This document shows, piece after piece, positions 10,681-20,072 of a stretch of 64,000 bases of DNA. The stretch is taken from positions 576,001 through 640,000 of the forward strand of contig CBDDFZ010000001.1 in the NCBI GenBank assembly GCA_965227515.1. Direction: 5' to 3'. The notes beneath the pieces are model-generated. The model had not been told where the DNA came from, did not search any database, and saw only the letters and a program-made list of their open reading frames with translations. The position numbers were made by a program, and so were the translations under genes. Position 1 is the stretch's first letter. Every line of letters begins with the position of its first letter. The stretch comes from Alphaproteobacteria bacterium (lineage in GTDB: Bacteria; Pseudomonadota; Alphaproteobacteria; CALKHQ01).

Positions 10681-11697
10681 TCAGCCGGCATCGGATGCGC
10701 CAATCTCGCGCCATGCGGGACGGGCGTGTTGCGCGAACCACGCGGCGACCGGCGCGTTGGCCGGATGGGAGAGCGCCGCGTCGAGCCGCCGCCACGTGCG
10801 CTGAAGATGCTGCAGTGGCTGGGCGGCGAGACCGGCGCGGGCGGCGATCCGCCCCAGGCCGCCCAGGATCTGGCAGGCGCGCTGCGCACTGGCGACCGCC
10901 ATTGCCGTCTCCAGCCATTCCCCGGACACGCCCGTGACCCCTTTGAGGAAGCGATCTGTCGCCGCCATCACCACGTCGGCCGTCGCATCGCGGCGGACGT
11001 CCTGCAACAGGCAGGCGAGGTCGAAGCCCGCCGGCGCCAGCACCGCGTCCTGGAAATCGATCATGCCGCAGCGGCCAGGCGGCGGCCGGTCCGGCAGCCA
11101 ATAGAGATTGCCGGGGTGGAAGTCGTAATGGGCCACCGCCAACGGGCCGTCCATCGCCGTTGACCAGGGCGCCCGCCACGCCGCAATGAACGATTCCCGC
11201 ACGGCAGGGCCGTCGGCCTTCGGATCGGCCAGCGGCAGGTAGAAGTCGACGAACCGGGCCGCCCGCAGGCCCGCCTCGGCCGCGTCGAACACAGGCACGG
11301 GCTGGCCCCCACTGCGCGACGCGTCGTGCATGCGCACCAGCACATCCACCGCCGCGTCGTAGTACGGCGCCGGGTCGGCCCCCGCATACAAGAGATCGGA
11401 CATGGATTGCGCGCCGTAGTCCTCGCACAGCAACAGGCCCTGCGCCGGATCGACTGCGAGGATCGCCGGCACGCTCAGCCCGGCCGCGTCCATCCAGCCA
11501 TGCACGGCGACGTGCTGCGCCATGGCGCCGCCGGGCCAGTCCATCAGCACCGCCGATTGCCCGCCCCGGCTCAGACGGCGGAACCCGCGCGTCGACCAGT
11601 CGGCGGCGATGGGGCTTGCGGCCGCATCGCCCCAGCCCGCCGCATCCAGGAACCCGCGGACCGTATCTTCGTGCTTGCCCATTAAATCATTTCGCAT
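10681..11697 (-). CDS. amgK: Aminoglycoside-phosphotransferase-family kinase, AmgK-like
   Basis: HYDFHPGNL and IDFQDA motifs, tsaE-amgK-murU-addB synteny. Start uncertain (11697 or 11682). Confidence 0.8.
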   Translation of the reverse strand: MRNDLMGKHEDTVRGFLDAAGWGDAAASPIAADWSTRGFRRLSRGGQSAVLMDWPGGAMAQHVAVHGWMDAAGLSVPAILAVDPAQGLLLCEDYGAQSMSDLLYAGADPAPYYDAAVDVLVRMHDASRSGGQPVPVFDAAEAGLRAARFVDFYLPLADPKADGPAVRESFIAAWRAPWSTAMDGPLAVAHYDFHPGNLYWLPDRPPPGRCGMIDFQDAVLAPAGFDLACLLQDVRRDATADVVMAATDRFLKGVTGVSGEWLETAMAVASAQRACQILGGLGRIAARAGLAAQPLQHLQRTWRRLDAALSHPANAPVAAWFAQHARPAWREIGASDAG

Positions 11698-12223
11698 CTG
11701 CAACGATCTTTGCCCAGCGTTCGGTCCAGCGCTGGCCGGCACGCCAGGTGAGCTGGCGCGCACTGTCCGGCGCGGCATCGGCGCCAGCCTCGTCGACCGC
11801 GGCGAAGCCGAGCCAGAGGCAGTCCCGAGGCAGCAGTGCGGCGATCCGTTCCGGCCACTCGATCAGGCTGATGGCGGAGGCGAACGCGTCGTCCAGGCCC
11901 AGTTCCTCCGCCTCCGCCTCGGTTTCCAGCCGATAGGCGTCGACATGCCAGATCGGGGGTTCTGCTTGGTCGTAGACCTGCACCAGGGTGAAGGTGGGGC
12001 TGGCCACGGTCAGCGCCGGGTCGCCGGTGGCCGCCCGAATGAAGGCGCGGGCGAACGCGGTCTTGCCGGCGCCGATCGGGCCGCTGAGCGCGATCACGTC
12101 GCCGGCGCGCGCCACCGCGGCCAGTGCTGCCGCCAGCCGCTCGGTGGCCGCCAGCGACGGCAGGCCCATCTCGCCCTCGGACGCCGCCCCGGGCGCGTTA
12201 CCGACCGCTTGATCGTGGCGCAC
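11687..12223 (-). CDS. tsaE: tRNA threonylcarbamoyladenosine biosynthesis ATPase
   Basis: GPIGAGKT, SPTFTLVQVY, HVDAYRL, IEWPE. Start uncertain (GTG 12223 or ATG 12169). Confidence 0.93.
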   Translation of the reverse strand: MRHDQAVGNAPGAASEGEMGLPSLAATERLAAALAAVARAGDVIALSGPIGAGKTAFARAFIRAATGDPALTVASPTFTLVQVYDQAEPPIWHVDAYRLETEAEAEELGLDDAFASAISLIEWPERIAALLPRDCLWLGFAAVDEAGADAAPDSARQLTWRAGQRWTERWAKIVADAK

Positions 12224-12243
12224 AACGCCCCCATGTTGCGCCG

Positions 12244-13281
12244 ATGCAATCCACCCAGACAAGCGATCCCATCCGCACCGACATCGTCGTTGTCGGCGCT
12301 GGTCCGGTCGGGCTGTTCAGCGTGTTCGAATTAGGCATGTTGAAGATGCGTGCCCATGTGGTCGACACCCTGGCCACCATCGGCGGGCAGTGCGCGGCAC
12401 TCTACCCGGAAAAGCCGATCTACGACATTCCGGGCTTCCCCGCGCTGTCGGCGCAAGAGCTGGTCGACAACCTGGCCGAACAGGCGGCCCCGTTCGAGCC
12501 CACCTATCATCTGGGCGAGCAAGTGACCGGCGTCGCGGCCCGTGCCGACGGCCGGTTCGACGTCACCACCAGCGGCGGCACCCGCCTCGATTGCGCCGGC
12601 ATCCTGATCGCCGCCGGCGCCGGCGCCTTCGGCCCCAACCGGCCGCCGCTGGACGGCATCGAGGACTTCGAGGGTACGAGCGTCCACTACATGGTCCTGC
12701 GCCGCGACGACTTCGCCGGCAAGCGGGTGGTGATCGCCGGCGGCGGCGATTCCGCGGTGGACTGGGCGCTGGCGCTGCACGACGTCGCCGCGCACGTGGC
12801 GGTGGTGCACCGGCGGCCGAAGTTCCGCGCCGCCCCGGAATCGACCTCCAGGCTGGCGGCGCTGGCCGACAGCGGCGCGCTGGAGCTGGTCGTGCCCTAC
12901 CAACTGGCGGGGCTGGAGGGGGACCGGGCCAGCGGCCGGCTCGACGGCGTGGTCGTCGCGACCCTGGACGGCGCGCGCCGCGTGCTGGAAGCGGACGTGC
13001 TGCTGCCGTTCTACGGGCTCTCGATGACCCTCGGACCCATCGCCGAATGGGGCCTGAACATCGACCAGCACCACATCGCGGTCGATCCGTCGACCTGCGC
13101 CACCAACGTGCCGGGCGTGCACGCGGTGGGCGATATCGCCACCTATCCCGGCAAGCTGAAGCTGATCCTGACCGGGTTCAGCGAGGCGGCGATGGCCGCC
13201 CACGCGCTCTACGACCGGGTCCACCCCGACACCGCGCTGCACTTCGAGTACTCGACCACCAAGGGCGTGCCCGGGGCGTAG
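12244..13281 (+). CDS. Ferredoxin--NADP+ reductase (thioredoxin-reductase-like)
   Basis: GAGPVG, GGQC.ALYPEKPIYDIPG, GGGDSA.DWA, YPGKLKLILTGF. No CxxC. Confidence 0.9.
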   Translation: MQSTQTSDPIRTDIVVVGAGPVGLFSVFELGMLKMRAHVVDTLATIGGQCAALYPEKPIYDIPGFPALSAQELVDNLAEQAAPFEPTYHLGEQVTGVAARADGRFDVTTSGGTRLDCAGILIAAGAGAFGPNRPPLDGIEDFEGTSVHYMVLRRDDFAGKRVVIAGGGDSAVDWALALHDVAAHVAVVHRRPKFRAAPESTSRLAALADSGALELVVPYQLAGLEGDRASGRLDGVVVATLDGARRVLEADVLLPFYGLSMTLGPIAEWGLNIDQHHIAVDPSTCATNVPGVHAVGDIATYPGKLKLILTGFSEAAMAAHALYDRVHPDTALHFEYSTTKGVPGA

Positions 13282-13329
13282 TTCGCGCGCGTTCGTTGCA
13301 TGGTTGCGCATTCCGCTCCCAGCCGGGTT

Positions 13330-13585
13330 CGTCGCCCTCCTCGCGCTTGTCGCGAGGGCCCATGTGCGGGGCGGGCCGGGCCGTTGCGGAAGGAAGCCGT
13401 AACGTTGGCCCATCGAGACCCGGTGTCTGCCTCATCGTGAGGCGACTACATCAACTTGTTCATAAGCTCGGACAGAAATGGGTCCTCGCCACAAGGGCGA
13501 GGACGACAGTAACTTTTTTTCTGCTGCGATTGAGTGACCCGGCGACGAAGTGCGTGGTCACGATAAGGCCAAACCCGAGGATGAC
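13330..13585. repeat. REP/REPIN-like palindromic element, family A, copy 1
   Basis: Left arm CGTCGCCCTCCTCGCGCTTGTCGCGAGGGCCCAT (13330-13363), inverted arm ATGGGTCCTCGCCACAAGGGCGAGGACGAC (13478-13507), partial third arm 13570-13585. Confidence 0.8.
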
Positions 13586-13616
13586 GATGGGGTGAAGCGT
13601 TAAGACGCCAGCATCG

Positions 13617-16223
13617 CTACTCGGCCGACAGTGCCTTCGGCGGCTCGTAGTCCAAGAAACGCTCGGGTATGGCGGTTGCCGCCTTGGCATCCAGCGGCAG
13701 CCTGACCACGAAGCGGGCGCCGGCCTCCTGGTTGGCATCGACCTCGATGCTGCCGCCATGGGTCTCGACCACGCTCTTGACCAGGGCGAGGCCAAGGCCC
13801 GGACCGGACCGCCGCGAGCGCGGGTCCAGCCTGACGAAGCTCTCGAACACCCGCTTGTGCGCCTTCTCCGGGATGCCGATACCGGTATCGGCCACCGCCA
13901 GCACCATGGTGTCGCGCTCGCGCGCCGCCGAAACCGTGACCCGCCCGCCGTTCGGGGTGAACTTGATGGCGTTGCTGATCAGGTTGAACAGCACCTGTTT
14001 CAGGCGACCCTCGTCGGCCACCACCTCGCCGACGTTGCGCGGGCAATCCAACTCGATCTCCAGGCCCTGCTTGCGCGCCCATTCGCGGGTGGTCGCCGCC
14101 ACGCTGTCCAGCAGGTCGGGGATCGACACATCGGTGAACTCCAGCTCGAACCGCCCGGCCTCGATGGATGCCAGGTCGAGAATGTCGTCGATCAGCGTCA
14201 GCAGGCGGTAGGACGCATCCAGGATGCCGCGGGTGTACTCGCCCTGGCGCTCGTTCAGCTCGCCGAAATAGCGGTTTTCCAGAATCTCGCAGAATCCGAT
14301 GATGGCGTTCAGCGGGGTCCGCAGTTCGTACGACACGTTGGCCAGGAACTCCGACTTCAGCACGTCGGCGGCCTCCAGCGCCTTGGTACGCTCCTCCAGC
14401 GCCCGGGCGACGCGGATGCCGTCGGTGACGTCGATATAGCTGAACAGCATGTTGCCGTCGGGCAGCGGCACCGCGGCGTAGTCCAGCACCGTGCCGTCGG
14501 CGCGTTCCACCTTGCCGGAACTGGCCCGCCGCTCGGTCACGTCGGTGATCATCTGGGTGCCGAAATTCCCTGAATCGTCGGCATCGTCGCGCAGCAGCGG
14601 CGCACACTGCTCCACGAAGTCGCGCACGTGCAGCTGGCTGTGGCCGTCGCTCAGGTCCAGGCTCCAGATCTTCTCGAACGACGGGTTGCTCAGCTTCAGC
14701 CGGCCGTCGCTGCCATAGACGGCGACGCCTTCGTGCATATTGTCCAAGGTCTCGCGGTGCACCGCGACCGAAGTGTGGTACGAGCGTTCGATCGCCAGCG
14801 TGTCGGTCACGTCCTCATAGGTGAACACCAGGCCGCCGAACGGATGCGGCGAGATCACCCGCCGCAGCGCCGTGCCGTCCGGCAGGTAAAGCTCGTCCTG
14901 CAGGGTCGAGAGCACGCTGTTGAACAGCTTCATCTGCTCGCGCTTGTAGGCCGGGAAGTCGGCGTATTCCGGCACCTTGCGCAGCTCGCGCAGCGCCTCC
15001 AGCACCTCGCCATAGGTGGGCCCGGCCTTCAGCCACTCGGAATCCAGGCGCCAGACCTCGGCATAGGCCGGGTTGTGGAAATTCATCCGCCCATCGGCGC
15101 CGAACATGGCGATGGGGATCGCCAGATTGCGCAGCACCGCGGCGTGCGCCTCGGTATGGCGCTGCAGGTCGGTGCGCGCATCCTCGATGTCGGTGCGGTC
15201 GACCGCGATGCCCGCCATCCTGCCGCCAAGCAGCGAGAACTCGGTGAAGCGCAGGAACCGCCGCGAGCCGCCGATGATGACATGGCCCTCGGCCTCCTGC
15301 ACCCGGCGGGTCCGGTCGACCTCGCGCGCCAGGTCGCGTCCGTCCGCGCCCAGCACGCCGGCGGCCAGCTCCCGCTGGCTGGCGACCGCGGCCTGGCCGT
15401 TGCCGGTGTCGACGCCCTGGCCATAGGCGGTGTTGGCATAGGTTAGGCGCAGGTCCGCATCGCGCAGCCAGACCGGCATCGGCAACGCATCCAGCAGGGC
15501 GGTCATGTCGTCGCGCACGTTCTCCAGCGCGCTCACACGCTGGTCCGCCTTGCGCAGGCGCTCGGCCAGTTCCGCGACCGGCAACAACCAGATCGCATCC
15601 TCCTTACGGCGACCCTCGCCACGGATGCCGACGGCGGCGAAATCGCGGCCATTGCCCCGGCTGCGCACGTCCAGGCGGAAGGGCGTGCCGTCGCCGCGCA
15701 GCGCCGCGATGGCGCGCTGCAGCGGCACCCGGTCGGCATCGCGGAACAGATCCAGGAAGCCCGCCAGGTCCATAGTGGCCCCAGGCGTCGAGGCTGCAGG
15801 GTTGGAGGGCGCCGATCCGGCGCCAGGCGCGGCGTCTTCCGCGGTGGCGGCCAGCTCGCCTGGCGATCCGGCCAAGAACACCAGGCGGTCGCGGTCCCAC
15901 GCCACCACGGCCACCGGTGCCGAGGTGAGGATGCCGTTGCCTTGGATACCGAACGGCTCCACCGGCTTGCGGCTGCGCCAAAGGAAGACGACCAGCGCGA
16001 CGCCGGCCAGGATGGCGGCGATGGCGAGCCCCAGAAAAACGCTGGCGATGTCCAGGCTGGGTCCGGCCGCACCACCGTCGCCCACCTGGGCGAGCGCGCG
16101 CGTCGGACCGGCCGCCAAGACGGCGACAACGATGGCTTTGATGTTGATCCAGCGCGCGGCCGATCGAGGGTGCGGTCCCACTGACCGCCCCAAAGGTCGC
16201 CGGGGGCGCGACGCGTAGGTCAT
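13617..16223 (-). CDS. divL: PAS-domain pseudo-histidine kinase DivL
   Basis: H-box reads FLANVSYELRTPL (Tyr in place of His). Multiple PAS-like repeats, HATPase motifs (NAIKFT, DTGIG, GLGL), ahcY/tsaE synteny. Start uncertain. Confidence 0.88.
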   Translation of the reverse strand: MTYASRPRRPLGRSVGPHPRSAARWINIKAIVVAVLAAGPTRALAQVGDGGAAGPSLDIASVFLGLAIAAILAGVALVVFLWRSRKPVEPFGIQGNGILTSAPVAVVAWDRDRLVFLAGSPGELAATAEDAAPGAGSAPSNPAASTPGATMDLAGFLDLFRDADRVPLQRAIAALRGDGTPFRLDVRSRGNGRDFAAVGIRGEGRRKEDAIWLLPVAELAERLRKADQRVSALENVRDDMTALLDALPMPVWLRDADLRLTYANTAYGQGVDTGNGQAAVASQRELAAGVLGADGRDLAREVDRTRRVQEAEGHVIIGGSRRFLRFTEFSLLGGRMAGIAVDRTDIEDARTDLQRHTEAHAAVLRNLAIPIAMFGADGRMNFHNPAYAEVWRLDSEWLKAGPTYGEVLEALRELRKVPEYADFPAYKREQMKLFNSVLSTLQDELYLPDGTALRRVISPHPFGGLVFTYEDVTDTLAIERSYHTSVAVHRETLDNMHEGVAVYGSDGRLKLSNPSFEKIWSLDLSDGHSQLHVRDFVEQCAPLLRDDADDSGNFGTQMITDVTERRASSGKVERADGTVLDYAAVPLPDGNMLFSYIDVTDGIRVARALEERTKALEAADVLKSEFLANVSYELRTPLNAIIGFCEILENRYFGELNERQGEYTRGILDASYRLLTLIDDILDLASIEAGRFELEFTDVSIPDLLDSVAATTREWARKQGLEIELDCPRNVGEVVADEGRLKQVLFNLISNAIKFTPNGGRVTVSAARERDTMVLAVADTGIGIPEKAHKRVFESFVRLDPRSRRSGPGLGLALVKSVVETHGGSIEVDANQEAGARFVVRLPLDAKAATAIPERFLDYEPPKALSAE

Positions 16224-16303
16224 GCGGCCAATCTACGCCGATGCGCCCGGAGGCTCAATGCGCCCGGGCAATGCACCCGGGCAAGCATCCATTCTGGCGA
16301 AGG

Positions 16304-16468
16304 CTAGTGTGGTGGTTTCGAAGTTCGCCATACAACTGCGGTGGTGCCTGTGCGAACTTCGAAACCGAAAACCACACTAGAAACAATATGTTGCTAGTGT
16401 CCCAATCGAATCTGAAGTTCGATCGAGGCCAGCAAATACTATTACGAACTTCAGATTCGGGACACTAG
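16304..16468. repeat. CTAG-bounded double-hairpin intergenic element (CIR/MITE-like), family C
   Basis: CTAGTGT..GAAGTTCG..CGAACTTC..ACACTAG occurs twice (16304-16380 and 16394-16468). The second unit has two GANTC sites, and the last CTAG supplies the ahcY TAG stop. Confidence 0.85.
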
Positions 16469-17757
16469 TAGCGGTAATGGTCCGGCTTGAACGGGCCTTC
16501 GGTGGCGAGGCCCAGGTACGTAGCCTGCTTCTCGGTCAGCTCGCTCAGGTTCGCGCCGACCTTCTTCAGGTGCAGCCGGGCGACCTTCTCGTCCAGGTGC
16601 TTCGGCAGCACATAGACCTTGTTCTCGTAGTTGGCGTGGTTCTGCCACAGCTCGAGCTGCGCCATGGTCTGGTTGGTGAAGGATGCCGACATCACGAAGC
16701 TGGGGTGGCCGGTGGCGCAGCCCAGGTTCACCAGCCGGCCCTCGGCCAGCAGGATGATGCGCTTGCCGTCGGGGAACACCACCTCGTCCACCTGCGGCTT
16801 GATCGCCTCCCACTTCATGTTGCGCAGCCCATCGACGTCGATCTCGGTGTCGAAGTGGCCGATGTTGCAGACGATGGCGCGGTCCTTCATCGCGCGCATG
16901 TGGTCGACCTCGATGACGCCGACGTTGCCGGTGGCGGTGACGAAGATGTCGCCCTGCGGCGCCGCCTCTTCCATGGTCACCACCTGATAGCCCTCCATCG
17001 CCGCCTGCAAGGCGCAGATCGGATCGACCTCGGTCACCATCACCCGGCAGCCGGCATTGCGCAGCGAGGCGGCGGAGCCCTTGCCGACGTCGCCATAGCC
17101 GGCGACCACCGCCACCTTGCCCGACATCATCACGTCGGTGGCGCGGCGGATGCCGTCGACCAGGCTCTCGCGGCAGCCATACAGATTGTCGAACTTGGAC
17201 TTGGTCACGCTGTCGTTGACGTTGATCGCCGGCACCTTCAGCTCGCCCGACTTCTCCATCTCATAGAGGCGGTGCACGCCGGTGGTGGTCTCTTCCGACA
17301 GGCCGCGGATGTCGGCCATCAGCTCCGGATAGTTCTCGTGCATCCGCTTGGTCAGGTCGCCGCCGTCGTCCAGGATCAGGTTCGGGCGCCAGCCGTCCGG
17401 CCCCTCGATGGTCTGGTCGATCGCCCACCAGAACTCCTCGTCGTTCATGCCCTTCCAGGCGAACACCGGCACGCCGCGCTCGGCCACGGCGGCGGCGGCA
17501 TGGTCCTGGGTTGAGAAGATGTTGCACGACGACCAACGCACTTCCGCGCCAAGCTCGGTCAGGGTCTCGATCAGCACGGCGGTCTGGATCGTCATGTGCA
17601 GGCAGCCGACGATGCGCGCGCCGGCCAGCGGCTTGGCGGCGCCGAACTCCTCGCGGGTCGCCATCAGGCCCGGCATTTCGGTCTCGGCGATCGCGATCTC
17701 CTTGCGACCCCAATCGGCCAGGCTCATGTCGGCGACTTTGAAGTCCTGCACGGTCAT
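16465..17757 (-). CDS. ahcY: Adenosylhomocysteinase
   Basis: [50 protein letters not shown]. Confidence 0.99.
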   Translation of the reverse strand: MTVQDFKVADMSLADWGRKEIAIAETEMPGLMATREEFGAAKPLAGARIVGCLHMTIQTAVLIETLTELGAEVRWSSCNIFSTQDHAAAAVAERGVPVFAWKGMNDEEFWWAIDQTIEGPDGWRPNLILDDGGDLTKRMHENYPELMADIRGLSEETTTGVHRLYEMEKSGELKVPAINVNDSVTKSKFDNLYGCRESLVDGIRRATDVMMSGKVAVVAGYGDVGKGSAASLRNAGCRVMVTEVDPICALQAAMEGYQVVTMEEAAPQGDIFVTATGNVGVIEVDHMRAMKDRAIVCNIGHFDTEIDVDGLRNMKWEAIKPQVDEVVFPDGKRIILLAEGRLVNLGCATGHPSFVMSASFTNQTMAQLELWQNHANYENKVYVLPKHLDEKVARLHLKKVGANLSELTEKQATYLGLATEGPFKPDHYRY

Positions 17758-17852
17758 TTCTACGGCTCCTGAATAAGGGATGGCGCGCCTCGCGGCTCGT
17801 TATGGCCTCAAACCCCAATGGGTCGGCGCGGGCGTATGTAAGGCGGCGATGC

Positions 17853-17881
17853 GCTATAGCAGAGCGGGTGCGCCCAAACAA
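17853..17881 (-). promoter_or_regulatory. Possible sigma70 promoter of ahcY
   Basis: TTGTTT-N17-TATAGC on the minus strand, with the -10 in a GCTATAGC context. Confidence 0.35.
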
Positions 17882-17919
17882 CCGTAGCTGGCGCTGCACG
17901 AAATCCGGCCGGTCGAAGC

Positions 17920-18243
17920 TCAGCCTTGCGGCGGGTCGTCCTGGTCCTCGTAGAAGCCGGCGGCGACCAGCGCGCACAGCGCCTCCAGGGCCAGAACCGC
18001 CTCGCGCCCCGCCACGCGCACCTCCAACGAGCTTCCCGGCCCGGCACCCAGGTACATCAGCCCCATGATGCTGCGCCCGTCGACAACGGTATCGCCACGG
18101 GCGATCTCCACCGCGCAATCGAACTGCTCGGCCAGCTTGGTGAACTTGGCGGCGGCGCGGGCGTGCAGGCCCTTCTTGTTGCAAACCTCGACCCGGCCGA
18201 CCAGTTGGTCGCCCACGGAACCGCCGGACGAACTGCCAGACAT
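17920..18243 (-). CDS. ptsH: HPr/NPr phosphocarrier protein
   Basis: NKKGLHARAAAKF and GRSIMGLM motifs. Start corrected to 18243. Confidence 0.93.
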   Translation of the reverse strand: MSGSSSGGSVGDQLVGRVEVCNKKGLHARAAAKFTKLAEQFDCAVEIARGDTVVDGRSIMGLMYLGAGPGSSLEVRVAGREAVLALEALCALVAAGFYEDQDDPPQG

Positions 18244-18269
18244 CTCGCCAGGCGGTTCGCCGCTGCCGC

Positions 18270-18671
18270 TCACACGCTCTCCAGCAGCTTGGACGCAACG
18301 TTGATGTACTTGCGCCCGGCCGCCTGGGCCTGGTCCACCGCGTCGGCCAGCGATGCCTCGCCGCGCACGCTGGCCAGCTTGATCAGCATCGGCAGGTTGA
18401 CGCCGGCGATGACCTCGACCTTGCCTTCGCTCATGGCGGAGATGGACAGGTTGGACGGCGTGCCGCCGAACATATCGGTCAGCACGATCACCCCGTCGCC
18501 GGTGTCGGCCGCGGCGATGCTGTCGACAATGTCCTGACGGCGCTGTTCCATGTCGTCGTTGGGGCCGATGCACACGGTTTCGATCCCCGTCTGCGCGCCC
18601 ATCACATGCACCAGGGCGGCAATGAATTCCTCAGCCAACCGGCCGTGGGTGACCAGCACCAGTCCAATCAT
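18270..18671 (-). CDS. PTS EIIA component, mannose/fructose family
   Basis: VLVTHG, LTDMFGGTPSN, GVNLPML. Confidence 0.93.
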   Translation of the reverse strand: MIGLVLVTHGRLAEEFIAALVHVMGAQTGIETVCIGPNDDMEQRRQDIVDSIAAADTGDGVIVLTDMFGGTPSNLSISAMSEGKVEVIAGVNLPMLIKLASVRGEASLADAVDQAQAAGRKYINVASKLLESV

Positions 18672-18710
18672 TGCATTCGATCCAATTCCCTCTCGGGCCA
18701 ATAACCCCGT

Positions 18711-19652
18711 TCAAGTCCGGGCGGCGTCGGCGTCGGCGGCACCCAGGTCGCGGTGCAGCGCGGTCACCATCCAGTCCCGCTCGCTCAGCCAGTCCGCCAG
18801 ACGGCGCGTAACATAGACCGAGCGGTGGCGTCCACCCGTACACCCAACCGAGATGGTCAGATAGCTTTTCCCTTCGCTGGCATAGCGCGGCAACAGTTCC
18901 GCGATCAAGCCGGTCAGCCGCTCGAAGAAGTCGGCAAAGCCCGGGTCGGCGGCCACATAGTCCGCCACCGGCGCGTCCAGGCCGGTCATCGGCCTGAGTT
19001 CGGCGTCGTAGTGTGGGTTGCGCAGGAAGCGGACGTCGAACACCAGGTCGGATTCCCGCGGCAGGCCGCGCTTGTAGGAGAACGACTGCACGAACACGGC
19101 CAGCGTCGGCGCGGTTCCGCCGAACGCCGCCATCAGGCGCGAGCGCAGGTCGGCGGGGGCCGATTGCGAGGTGTCGATCACGATGTCGGCAAGCTCGCGC
19201 AGCGGCGCCAGGCGCTTGCGCTCCAGCGATATGCCGTCGGCGACAGGCCGGTCGATGGCCAGCGGGTGGCGGCGGCGCGTCTCGGTGAAGCGCCGCATCA
19301 GCACGTCGGAATCGCAGTCCAGGAACACCACCGAGACCATCAGCCGGGCCTGGGCCGCCAGCGCGCCGATCTGGCCGATGAATTGCTCGGCGTCGAAGTC
19401 GCGGGTGCGGATGTCGATGCCGATGGCCAGCCGTGCCGGTGCGTTGCCGCCGGCGACCACGTTCTCCAGCAGCGACAGCGGCAGGTTGTCCACCGCCTCG
19501 TAGCCGGCGTCCTCCAGGATGTTCAGCGCAGTCGAGCGGCCGGCGCCGGACATGCCGGTCACCAGCACCAGCTGCGTCGCCCGTTCGCCAGTGTCGGGGG
19601 TGTCGGTAGTGTCGGCCATATCGGCGCCGCCCCCGGCTTCGCTGCCGCTCAT
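18711..19652 (-). CDS. rapZ: RNase adapter / P-loop protein RapZ
   Basis: TGMSGAGRS, VDNLP, ETRRRHPL, FDVRFL.NP, GCTGGRHRSV. Confidence 0.93.
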   Translation of the reverse strand: MSGSEAGGGADMADTTDTPDTGERATQLVLVTGMSGAGRSTALNILEDAGYEAVDNLPLSLLENVVAGGNAPARLAIGIDIRTRDFDAEQFIGQIGALAAQARLMVSVVFLDCDSDVLMRRFTETRRRHPLAIDRPVADGISLERKRLAPLRELADIVIDTSQSAPADLRSRLMAAFGGTAPTLAVFVQSFSYKRGLPRESDLVFDVRFLRNPHYDAELRPMTGLDAPVADYVAADPGFADFFERLTGLIAELLPRYASEGKSYLTISVGCTGGRHRSVYVTRRLADWLSERDWMVTALHRDLGAADADAART

Positions 19653-20065
19653 GTGGCCATCGCCCCGGCCAATGCGATCTTCACCTTGGCCACCGCCGAT
19701 GCCTCGAACGGGTCGAGCGCCAGGGTCGCGATCGCGCACCCCGCCAGCTCGGCCGTGGTGGCCTGTGGCAGCCGCTCGACGTCCACCGCTGCGACCAGGT
19801 CGATCGCCAGCGCCAGGCGTGCCTCGCCCAGATACGCGACCCGCATCAGGCCGACGCCACGCACTTCCAGCATGCCGGCCAGCGCAGCCGGCGCGCTGGC
19901 GTAGACCTGCCCGTCGCGCGCCGCCAGATCGACCCGGTCGTCGGCCACCAGCACGCCGCCGGCATCGATCAGCCTGAGCGCCAGATCGGACTTGCCGGCG
20001 CCCGAAGGCCCGCGCAGCAGCACACCGTGGTCGTCCAGGGCAACGCAGGCGGCGTGGATCTGCAC
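19649..20065 (-). CDS. hprK: HPr kinase/phosphorylase (short alphaproteobacterial form)
   Basis: HA.CV, GPSGAGKSDLALRL, LVADD, LEVRGVG. Confidence 0.92.
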   Translation of the reverse strand: MQIHAACVALDDHGVLLRGPSGAGKSDLALRLIDAGGVLVADDRVDLAARDGQVYASAPAALAGMLEVRGVGLMRVAYLGEARLALAIDLVAAVDVERLPQATTAELAGCAIATLALDPFEASAVAKVKIALAGAMAT

Positions 20066-20072
20066 GGGGCCG

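Noticed and set aside
7576-11163. 1195-aa plus-strand ORF, and other long ORFs such as 45376-47727, 47249-49642 and 687-2630
   Set aside because: These are antisense or off-frame shadows of real genes in high-GC DNA. They are Arg/Ala/Gly-rich with no recognisable motifs.
16241-16468. 75-aa ORF
   Set aside because: It lies almost entirely within the CTAG palindromic repeat and shows no coding signal.
17758-17919. SAH riboswitch upstream of ahcY
   Set aside because: The conserved GAGGAGCG/CAGGCUC/CGCU elements were not found by eye. An Rfam/Infernal scan would be decisive.
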